A stretch of DNA of 64,000 nt from an uncultured Candidatus Saccharibacteria bacterium. Its GTDB lineage: Bacteria > Patescibacteriota > Saccharimonadia > Saccharimonadales > Saccharimonadaceae. The stretch lies in assembly GCA_963554165.1 (NCBI GenBank), contig CAUVQR010000002.1, forward strand, positions 124,145-188,144, read 5' to 3'. Below are positions 10,105 to 17,774 of the stretch, one piece after another. Made by a program: the position numbers and the translations under genes. The notes under the pieces were generated by a model. It did not search any database. It saw only the letters and a program-made list of their open reading frames with translations, and had not been told where the DNA came from. Within the stretch, counting starts at the first letter, position 1. Every line of letters begins with the position of its first letter.

Positions 10105-10842
10105 ATGAGCACGGAGGGGAATGCGGTTATGATGAGCGGCGCTTCCTGGGGGGAGGCGTCGCTCTTTGTTGCGGCGGCACACGACCTCAAGTCGCCACTG
10201 GCGCTGCTGCGGCAATTGGCGCTGAGCTTGGAGGCTGGGGGCCTGTCGCCTGTCGAGGTGGCCGAGCTAGCCCGGCGGATGGCACTAACCAGCGAGCGGG
10301 CCTTGCGCCTCACCACCGACTTAACGCAGTCCACCCGCCTCCACGAGGAATTATTTGGCACCGAGCCGCTCAACTTGGCGTTGGTAGCGCGCGACGTCGT
10401 GGCCGAGCTGCAGCCACTCTACGCCGCCAAGGGGCGGCGCCTAGCGGTGCACGTGCCGCGACGGGCAGTGGTAGGTCTTGGCAACCGCGACCTTCTGCGG
10501 CGCATCCTGTGCAACTTCGCCGACAATGCACTCCACTACAGTGGCGAAGGCGACGCACCCGTGGTGGTGCGGCTCTCTCGGCGGGCTGGCGGCCGGGTGA
10601 TCCGCCTAGCGGTGCGCGACTATGGCCCAGCTATTCTGCCATCACTTTGGCAGCAACTGGAGCAACGCCTTGGCGTCAGCGCACAGCCATTACACAGCCG
10701 GCCAGGCAGCAGTGGCCTAGGGCTCTACATTGCGGGGCAATTTGCCAGCGCGATGGAGGCGCAGATTGGGGCAGTGCGGCACCGCGATGGCGCCACCTTC
10801 TACATCGATCTCCAGGCGGTGTATCAACAGAGGTTATTATGA
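10105..10842 (+). CDS. soluble histidine kinase core (DHp + HATPase only, no sensor or TM domain)
   Basis: H box AAAHDLKSPLALL; N box NFADNALHY; G boxes RDYGPAI and GSSGLGLYIA. Only about 20 residues precede the H box. Confidence 0.85.
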   Translation: MSTEGNAVMMSGASWGEASLFVAAAHDLKSPLALLRQLALSLEAGGLSPVEVAELARRMALTSERALRLTTDLTQSTRLHEELFGTEPLNLALVARDVVAELQPLYAAKGRRLAVHVPRRAVVGLGNRDLLRRILCNFADNALHYSGEGDAPVVVRLSRRAGGRVIRLAVRDYGPAILPSLWQQLEQRLGVSAQPLHSRPGSSGLGLYIAGQFASAMEAQIGAVRHRDGATFYIDLQAVYQQRLL

Positions 10843-11231
10843 CGCAATCGCCACCGCGGGTGTTGGTCATCGACGATGATCAATGGTTTGCTGAGCTGCA
10901 GCTTGCGGCAGTGCAGCGGGCTGGTATGGTGCCTGTCTATGCGGCCGATGTGCTGGCTGGCATGGCAGCGCTCGACGAGGCACTCCCAGCAGTGATCATC
11001 CTCGATATGTTCATGCCAGGGGGTAATGGCCTGGTGCTGCTCCACGAACTGCAATCGTATAGCGACACAGCGCGCATCCCCATTATCATCTGTAGTAATA
11101 ATGCGAGCGACATGACGCTAGCCGATCTCGCACCCTACGGCGTCGTTGCCTTGCTGGACAAAACAACGATGCGCCCAAGCGACGTGACGAACGTACTAGG
11201 CAGGTACATCCCAAGCGAGGTAGTGACATGA
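10839..11231 (+). CDS. stand-alone response-regulator receiver protein
   Basis: RVLVIDDD...VIILDMFMPGGNG...PIIICS...LLDKTT. The ATG overlaps the kinase stop (ATGA). Confidence 0.85.
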   Translation: MTQSPPRVLVIDDDQWFAELQLAAVQRAGMVPVYAADVLAGMAALDEALPAVIILDMFMPGGNGLVLLHELQSYSDTARIPIIICSNNASDMTLADLAPYGVVALLDKTTMRPSDVTNVLGRYIPSEVVT

Positions 11232-11902
11232 GTATGCAGCGCACCACAGCGATCGTCCTGCGCCGCACCAACTATGGCGAGGCCGACCGCGTACTGCAAT
11301 TGCTCACGCCAGAAGGGCAGCGGGCAGTGATCGCCAAGGGTGTCCGGCGCGAAAAGAGTCGGCTAGCTGGGGCGGTTGAACTCTTTGCGATCAGCGATGT
11401 TGTCATCCGCCAGGGGCGCAGTGAGCTAGGCGTGCTAACACAGGCCCGCCTGACGAAGTATTATCAGACAATCGTGGCCGATTATGATCGCCTACAAGCT
11501 GGCTATGCCGCCATCCAGCTGGTGGCGCAGGCCAGCCGCATGCTGGACGAGCCAGCGTGGTATGAGGTACTGCGCTTGGTATATGAGGGGCTCAATCAGC
11601 CTAGCGTACCCGTCATGCTCACCCAGGCCTGGCTCGCTATCCACTATGCGGCGCTGCAGGGCTACGAGCTTAACCTGCTGCGCGACGTCGTAGGCCAACC
11701 CCTCCAGCCCGAGCGGCGGTATATGTATGATGGGTCGGAACGTGGCCTGCGCCTCAGCGACCAAGGCGACATCACTGCAGCGCATATCAAGTTGCTCCGC
11801 CTGCTCGCCACGCGCCCACCCACAGTAGTAGCACAGGTCGGTGGCGTGCTGACTATTCTGCCCGAATGCTGGCTTGTCGCGCGGCAGCATGCTGGGGTGT
11901 AA
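11228..11902 (+). CDS. recO: DNA repair protein RecO
   Basis: TTAIVLRRTNYGEADRVLQLLTPEGQ...AKGVRR.KSRLAG.VELF typical RecO OB-fold N-terminus. ATGA overlap with the receiver gene. Confidence 0.85.
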   Translation: MSMQRTTAIVLRRTNYGEADRVLQLLTPEGQRAVIAKGVRREKSRLAGAVELFAISDVVIRQGRSELGVLTQARLTKYYQTIVADYDRLQAGYAAIQLVAQASRMLDEPAWYEVLRLVYEGLNQPSVPVMLTQAWLAIHYAALQGYELNLLRDVVGQPLQPERRYMYDGSERGLRLSDQGDITAAHIKLLRLLATRPPTVVAQVGGVLTILPECWLVARQHAGV

Positions 11903-12121
11903 TGCTATAGCTTGAATTGCAAAATCTTCCTATCGTTCCCAGCAGCTCACCGCACCGAAAATGTTCCGGCCAGATTATGCACAGCACTCTTCCGTCTGTT
12001 TGATCGCTGGCCTCCATATATTTTCTTGTTTTGTAAGTTGCTTGGGGGTAGAGCGTGAGGTTATTGAGATGGAGGTATCAATGCCATGCTTGGCCATAAG
12101 ACACACTCTACTTTAGGAAAA

Positions 12122-12130
12122 TGCTATAAT
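12122..12130 (+). promoter_or_regulatory. extended -10 box TGcTATAAT upstream of glyQS (about 85-nt leader)
   Basis: Read directly. The leader contains the hairpin CCGCGTT-GCC-AACGCGG but no T-box motif. Confidence 0.4.
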
Positions 12131-12214
12131 AATACCAAAGAACCAATCATGAAGCTGCCGCGTTGCCAACGCGGAGAAAGGACGCGTGTGAGTAGCACAA
12201 CGAGCAACGTAACA

Positions 12215-13546
12215 ATGGAAGCAATTATCAGCCTGTGTAAGCGCCGTGGCTTTATTTATCAGGGGTCGGACGTGTATGGCGGCCTGAGTGGCACGTGGGA
12301 CTACGGCCCGCTGGGTGTGCAGCTGAAGCGTAATATTATGAACCTATGGTGGCGCAGATTCGTCGACGAGCGTGACGACATGTACGGCGTCGATGCAGCG
12401 ATTTTGATGAATCAGAAGGTGTGGAAGGCGAGTGGGCATGTGGATACCTTCGTCGATCCGCTGTGCGAAGACACGGTCAATCACCGCCGCTACCGCACCG
12501 ATCATATTCTCAAAGATAATGGCGTTGACGCGGACGGCATGACCATGGAGCAGATGGATGCGGTGATTGCCGAGCGTGGCATCAAAAGCCCCGATGGTAA
12601 TCCGCTAAGCAAATCGCGGACGTTTAATATGATGTTCAAAACGCACGTTGGTGCGACCGAAAGTGAGGATAGTATCTCTTATCTTCGTCCCGAAACCGCT
12701 CAAGGCATCTTCACCAATTTCAAAAACGTCGTCGATAGTTTCTATCCGAACTTGCCGTTTGGCATCGCTCAGCAGGGCAAGGCCTTTCGCAATGAAATTG
12801 CGCCGCGCGACTTCGTCTTCCGCTCTCGCGAGTTTGAGCAGATGGAGATTGAGTATTTCGTCGATCCTGAGCATTGGCAGGAGGCGTTTGATGAGCTACT
12901 CGCCAGCACGCATGCGTTCTTGGCAGAACTAGGCCTTAAACAAGAGCACATCCACGAGCTGGACGTGCCAGCCGAGGATCGGGCGCACTATAGCAAAAAG
13001 ACGATCGACATCGAGTACGACTATCCGATCGGCCGTGAGGAGCTGATGGGCATCGCCTACCGGACTGATTTTGACTTGATGAATATCCAGCGCGCCAGTG
13101 GTAAGAGCATGGAATATACCGTCAAGGGAACGAACACAAAATTTGTTCCGCATGTCATCGAGCCGTCGTTTGGTGTCGAGCGGGCGCTGATGGCAGTGCT
13201 GGCCAGTAGCTACCGCGAGGACGAGCAAAATGGCGAAAAGCGGGTGTATTTGGCGTTGCCAGAGCATTTGGCACCAGTCAAATTTGCCGTTTCGCCACTG
13301 CTGAAAAACAAGCCAGAATTGGTAGAAAAAGCTCGCGACGTCTACGCAAACCTCGTCAAAGCCAACCCCGGCCGAGTGATGTGGGACGACAACGGTAACA
13401 TCGGCAAACGCTACCGCCGCCAAGACGAAATCGGCACGCCGCACTGTGTGGTGATCGACTTCCAGACGCTCGAGGATGGTACGGTCACCGTCCGCGAGCG
13501 AGATACGACGGAGCAGAGGCGGGTTGTCGTCGATAAGCTAGTATAG
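12215..13546 (+). CDS. glyQS: glycine--tRNA ligase (homodimeric GlyQS type)
   Basis: MEAIISLCKRRGFIYQGSDVYGGLSGTWDYGPLG...; class II motifs FRNEI.PR...REFEQMEIEYF. Start set to ATG 12215. Confidence 0.95.
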   Translation: MEAIISLCKRRGFIYQGSDVYGGLSGTWDYGPLGVQLKRNIMNLWWRRFVDERDDMYGVDAAILMNQKVWKASGHVDTFVDPLCEDTVNHRRYRTDHILKDNGVDADGMTMEQMDAVIAERGIKSPDGNPLSKSRTFNMMFKTHVGATESEDSISYLRPETAQGIFTNFKNVVDSFYPNLPFGIAQQGKAFRNEIAPRDFVFRSREFEQMEIEYFVDPEHWQEAFDELLASTHAFLAELGLKQEHIHELDVPAEDRAHYSKKTIDIEYDYPIGREELMGIAYRTDFDLMNIQRASGKSMEYTVKGTNTKFVPHVIEPSFGVERALMAVLASSYREDEQNGEKRVYLALPEHLAPVKFAVSPLLKNKPELVEKARDVYANLVKANPGRVMWDDNGNIGKRYRRQDEIGTPHCVVIDFQTLEDGTVTVRERDTTEQRRVVVDKLV

Positions 13547-13635
13547 CGGTAGTACGTCCGCTTATTGCCGAAACACTACAATTGCAATATACTATGCAAA
13601 AACGGTAATTGAATTATAAATAGAAGGAGCGACCG

Positions 13636-14889
13636 ATGAATAGGAAGGAATCTATCCCGAGGGGCTGGGAGTCACACACATACTCAGTAACAGGTGAAGA
13701 GACGGGACTTATCATTCCAAAAAGGGGTGTGTCTATTGAGATGCCAAAGCAGTCCCAAGAGAGACTGCTGTCTTTAGATCGGCGCGGTGAGATCTCGTTC
13801 GTTGAGGAAGCGAAGAGCGAGATCTTTGATAAGGAAGAATATCGTGAATTCGGCGAGTCTTTCCTTCAGGCGCTGCGATCGACGTCTCGCATCATTAGCT
13901 ATGCGACGGGTAAACCGTATCACGAGATGGGGCTAAAAAGCTGCACGTCGCTTGGCACGAGTGCTACAAGAGGGCTTTTGCGCCTGGCTCATCGGTATGA
14001 AAAACTCAAAGAACGTGAGTATGACCCGCGTGTTGTTGTAGCGCCATATAATTTCGATTACAAGCTGTGGGCGAAAGCCTTTCGGCGAGCGACAGAAGAT
14101 GATAGCATCGAGAATAACCCGTTGCGGCAGCAAATTGATACAACACGCGATATAGAGCGAACAATATATGGCTTGCATACTCGTTGGAGTTTGTCGCATG
14201 ATGCGTGGCCAAAATTTAATACAGTTCCAAAGGGTACAGCGGTTTTTTATAGCCCTGATGGTATCCCCTGTACGGCAAGTGTTATTGCTGGTAGGCAAGA
14301 GCCTCGATTTCGAGGGATGAGCTACCAGAAAGTTCACAAGCTAGATTGGGTCGATATAAAAGGGCCTGAGCTGTCGGTCGGACAGGCGCTCTCGCAGGTG
14401 GCGACTGCACTCATAGACCAGAGCGGTCAACAGTCATCCAAAGAAGGTAAAAAGCCCGATCCAACAGCGACCGTGACTATTATTCCAGGCCTTTTTTCGG
14501 TTGGAGGGATTCCAATTCGTTTTCCTCGTAAATCTGAGCAGAAGCAAAACTCCGATCAGACGCATGTAATAACTGCAGAAGAGCAGGATCAGTCTCCGCT
14601 CGACAAAGACCCGAATCTCTATAAGCGGTATGGTCACGACAGCCAAACCATCGCAGAAGCCCTGACTGCTGAGCTAAGTAAGATCATCGAAGGAGAGTCG
14701 CGGTCGTCGGACTATGACGAAACCTACGGAGCATATTGTAAGGCACCAGAGCAGTCTCTGTATGCTCCGTATATTGCATGGGATGACAGTGGTTATGTTG
14801 TATTATCTCTCCAGGATATCCATAAGGGTGATGAGCAGATCGGTTTTCGCCATGCCACGCGGTGTCTGTCTGAGTCACCTCGAGTGTAA
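13636..14889 (+). CDS. hypothetical protein (417 aa), lower-GC gene
   Basis: Strong SD GAAGGAG 7 nt upstream. No signal peptide, TM helix or known motif recognised. Confidence 0.6.
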   Translation: MNRKESIPRGWESHTYSVTGEETGLIIPKRGVSIEMPKQSQERLLSLDRRGEISFVEEAKSEIFDKEEYREFGESFLQALRSTSRIISYATGKPYHEMGLKSCTSLGTSATRGLLRLAHRYEKLKEREYDPRVVVAPYNFDYKLWAKAFRRATEDDSIENNPLRQQIDTTRDIERTIYGLHTRWSLSHDAWPKFNTVPKGTAVFYSPDGIPCTASVIAGRQEPRFRGMSYQKVHKLDWVDIKGPELSVGQALSQVATALIDQSGQQSSKEGKKPDPTATVTIIPGLFSVGGIPIRFPRKSEQKQNSDQTHVITAEEQDQSPLDKDPNLYKRYGHDSQTIAEALTAELSKIIEGESRSSDYDETYGAYCKAPEQSLYAPYIAWDDSGYVVLSLQDIHKGDEQIGFRHATRCLSESPRV

Positions 14890-14983
14890 CTAGTAGCGAG
14901 TCATCGACGTACCTGATAGATACAACACGGCAAGTAACGACTCTCTATGGGAGGCAGCCTTTAAAATCTCATAAGGAACTACC

Positions 14984-15460
14984 ATGCCAACACGCGTAAA
15001 GATTACAATTGATGACGACAGCGCTGGCCGGGTGGCGCTCGATGCCTTGTATGAGGGCGCTAGCCAGGTGGCGCTGTGCCGCTATGCCTTGCGGCTGGCA
15101 GCGCACATTATGGAGACGGCGGGCTACAGCGACCCACACAACCCAGCTATTACTGCGGGCTTTGCCGTCAACCGCCAGTGGCAGGCTGGGGCGGCCCGCA
15201 TGCACGATGTGCGCCAAGCTGGCTTTGCGGTGCATAAGCTGGCGCGCCAAGCGCCGGATGAGCTCACCACGGCGGTGTTGCGCGTGGTAGGCCAAGCCAT
15301 CGGCACCGGCCATATGCCGGAGCACGCCATGGTGGCTAGTGACTACGCCATCAAGGTTATCAACTTCCTTCACCCCGGTGACCGAGCCGCTGCCGCCCGC
15401 GAGCGCCAGTGGCAGGTGCAGGTGATGGGGGAGGAGGTAGAGTCAGGCCACCACTCATAG
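14984..15460 (+). CDS. all-helical protein resembling the family usually annotated 'putative immunity protein' (Imm-5-like)
   Basis: Pattern ...NRQWQAG.ARMHDVRQAGFAVHKLARQ...AVLRVVGQAIGTGHM.EHAMVASDYAIK recalls that family. Recognised from memory only. Confidence 0.4.
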   Translation: MPTRVKITIDDDSAGRVALDALYEGASQVALCRYALRLAAHIMETAGYSDPHNPAITAGFAVNRQWQAGAARMHDVRQAGFAVHKLARQAPDELTTAVLRVVGQAIGTGHMPEHAMVASDYAIKVINFLHPGDRAAAARERQWQVQVMGEEVESGHHS

Positions 15461-15586
15461 CGCATAGCGAGACATACTACTGATTATTGCTCGATTACCC
15501 CCTTGTTACCATAAGCGTAATAATGATATAATGCGAACGTTATATTTAAGGTGTTGTGTTTCACAACAAAAAAGGAGGGTTATTGC

Positions 15587-17107
15587 ATGAGGGAACTCAG
15601 GCAAGCAAAACATAATAAATGGAGAACACTCACGCGTGTGTCTCAGGCTGGGTGCCTGGTGGCGGTAGCTGCCATGGTGGCATTGTTTGCTCAGCCCACA
15701 CGTGCCGCCCAAGAGGTAGCCTGGAAGGAGCAAGCTGGCTCTGGTGTAAAGAACTGGTCGGCAATGGCTGGCTCAACAGACGGCACCAAGCTCGTTGCAG
15801 CAGTGAATGTCGGGAATGTCTACACCTCGACAGACAGTGGTGTCACCTGGATGGAACGACCAATAACCGGCCTTCCTGCGCCGCAAAAGTGGACGGCTCT
15901 TGCCAGTTCAGCCGATGGTAGTAAGATCGCTGCCTTTTACCAATGGGGCGGCTACATGTACACCTCGAATGACTCAGGTGCTACCTGGACGAAAAATGGT
16001 CTCCCAGGAGCTGCTGGTGACTGGGTGTCTGTGACGAGCTCGGCCGATGGCACCAAGCTCGCTGCTGTGGCAACCAACCGTGGGGTATTTACCTCTACCA
16101 ACTCTGGCGCAAGCTGGAAAGAGCAAGCCAACCCAGGTGCGAAGAAGTGGACATCGATCGCCGGCTCGGCTGATGGCACCAAGCTTGCCGCGACTGTTGC
16201 CGACGGCGTTGTCTACACCTCGACAGACAGTGGTGTCACCTGGACAGAGCAAGCAGCCGCTGGCACTCAGAAGTGGACATCAATCGCTAGCTCGGCTGAT
16301 GGTATGAAGCTTGCTGCTACAGTCAACGATGGCAAGATTCACACCTCGACAGATGGCGGTGTTACTTGGAAAGAGCAGGCTGCATCGACCCCACAGAAGT
16401 GGACATCAATCGCTAGCTCGGCTGATGGTATGAAGCTTGCTGCAACCGTCAATGGTGGCAAGATCTACACTTCAGATGACGGTGGTGTAACCTGGATGGA
16501 GAATGACAGCGCTGCTACCGGTGCGTGGTCGGCTGTTGTTATGTCGAACGACGGGGCCAACCTCGCTGCAGCACTCAACGGTGGCAACATTAACACAGCA
16601 ACAGCTAAGGATAAGCCAGTTGTGCAGCCAGCTCCAGCTAACCCAGCGCCCGCAAATCCTGCTCCGGCAAATCCTGCCCCAGCTAACCCAGCTCCGGCCA
16701 ATCCTGCGCCCGCTACACCTGCTCCAGCCACTCCAGCACCAGCTACACCCGCTCCAGCGACGCCCGCACCTGCGACCCCGGCCCCAGCAAATCCTGCTCC
16801 AGCTACCCCTGCGCCTGCGACGCCCGCGCCCGCAAATCCTGCGCCTGCCAACCCAGCTCCAGCTACACCTGCTCCAGCTGAGCCAGCTGTAGAACCTGCA
16901 CCAGCAGAAGAGCCGGCTCCGGCTGCAGAGCAAGCACCAGCTGCCAACCCAGCACCTGCAGCTAAACCAGCAGAGGCTGCCGCTCCTGCTAAGCAAGAAG
17001 GTCCAGCTCTCGCTGACACTGGTGACAGCGTATGGCTCGTTGCTGCACTCGCAGCCAGTGGTCTTGGCGCCGGAAGCTTCTGGTTCGTCAAGAGCCGCAA
17101 GAACTAG
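15587..17107 (+). CDS. secreted, cell-wall-anchored Asp-box (BNR) beta-propeller protein with PAPA[NT] stalk and LAxTG sorting signal
   Basis: SD AAGGAGGG. Signal peptide ...AQPTRA/AQE. Six S-x-D-x-G-x-(T/S)-W boxes, each paired with W.S.A.S.DG.KL.A. C-terminal LADTG + TM helix + KSRKN. Confidence 0.8.
   Translation: MRELRQAKHNKWRTLTRVSQAGCLVAVAAMVALFAQPTRAAQEVAWKEQAGSGVKNWSAMAGSTDGTKLVAAVNVGNVYTSTDSGVTWMERPITGLPAPQKWTALASSADGSKIAAFYQWGGYMYTSNDSGATWTKNGLPGAAGDWVSVTSSADGTKLAAVATNRGVFTSTNSGASWKEQANPGAKKWTSIAGSADGTKLAATVADGVVYTSTDSGVTWTEQAAAGTQKWTSIASSADGMKLAATVNDGKIHTSTDGGVTWKEQAASTPQKWTSIASSADGMKLAATVNGGKIYTSDDGGVTWMENDSAATGAWSAVVMSNDGANLAAALNGGNINTATAKDKPVVQPAPANPAPANPAPANPAPANPAPANPAPATPAPATPAPATPAPATPAPATPAPANPAPATPAPATPAPANPAPANPAPATPAPAEPAVEPAPAEEPAPAAEQAPAANPAPAAKPAEAAAPAKQEGPALADTGDSVWLVAALAASGLGAGSFWFVKSRKN
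16628..16882 (+). repeat. 17 tandem 15-nt units encoding PAPA[N/T/E]
   Basis: Protein-level perfect pentapeptide periodicity. DNA units differ at synonymous positions. Confidence 0.9.
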
Positions 17108-17136
17108 AGCACTGCACTGCAGCGTCTCTATACCCA

Positions 17137-17171
17137 AGAGAAAGGCATACCGTATGCCTTTCTCTTTTTTT
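17137..17171 (+). terminator. intrinsic terminator of the propeller gene
   Basis: 13-bp perfect stem AGAGAAAGGCATA/TATGCCTTTCTCT, 3-nt loop, followed by a T-run. Confidence 0.85.
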
Positions 17172-17718
17172 GGTTGGCAGGGTAGAATGTGGCCTGTATT
17201 AGAGTAATTATATTATATTGAGCGGCTCGGGTACTGACGTAGCGGCGATATAGCATAGCTGTGCTTGAGCATAAGTAGCAAGGAAAATACCCTACGCAGG
17301 TAGAACGCCAGCACTAGCGCGCTGCTAGGGGTTCTTGGGCGAGAATAGGTGGGCCACGACCGTGTTGGTGCGGCCTTTGGCTGTGCGCGGTTATGATGCT
17401 AGAGATGGTGGCCGCCGATAGAGCTTACCTCCCGTGTGGCGTGTCTCGGTGCCGATCACTAGTGTATCGGCATGTAGGCTACATCAACGGCAGCAAGAGT
17501 GATTGTATTGAGTCAACAAATGGCCTTCCGCTAGCCCTCCGCCGATGAGGGCAGCTTGTACTTTTTGGAGAGACACCGTATAGCGTGCTCTTATTCTTAC
17601 CCAAAGCAGCGTTGGGGCGGCTAGAGTGCTAGCCGTACACGGCCAACCAATGCGAATTTCGCTCATACTAGCAAGCTTATATACGCACACCAATACACGC
17701 GCGGTGGCAAAAGAAAGT

Positions 17719-17744
17719 GGCTTGGATAGCATAGTATCCAAGCC
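17719..17744 (-). terminator. hairpin terminator of the GH16-propeller gene
   Basis: 10-bp perfect stem GGCTTGGATA/TATCCAAGCC. On the minus strand it is followed by ACTTTCTTTTG. Confidence 0.55.
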
Positions 17745-17774
17745 AAGATAGAGCTGCGTGGGGCAGGAGCACGG

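Noticed and set aside
10074-10838. First two thirds of the 385-aa ORF 10074..11231
   Set aside because: It is out of frame and fully overlaps the well-supported histidine kinase. The translation is Arg/Ala/Gly-rich low complexity. Only the part from ATG 10839 (the receiver domain) is credible.
11903-12214. Possible T-box leader upstream of glyQS
   Set aside because: No T-box core (AGGGTGGNACCGCG-like) and no specifier/terminator architecture is present. The leader after the -10 box is only about 85 nt with one small hairpin.
16465-17137. Two >200-aa minus-strand ORFs across the PAPA repeat
   Set aside because: They are translations of the reverse complement of a Pro/Ala repeat (poly AGAG / WSWS). 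These are low-complexity artefacts.
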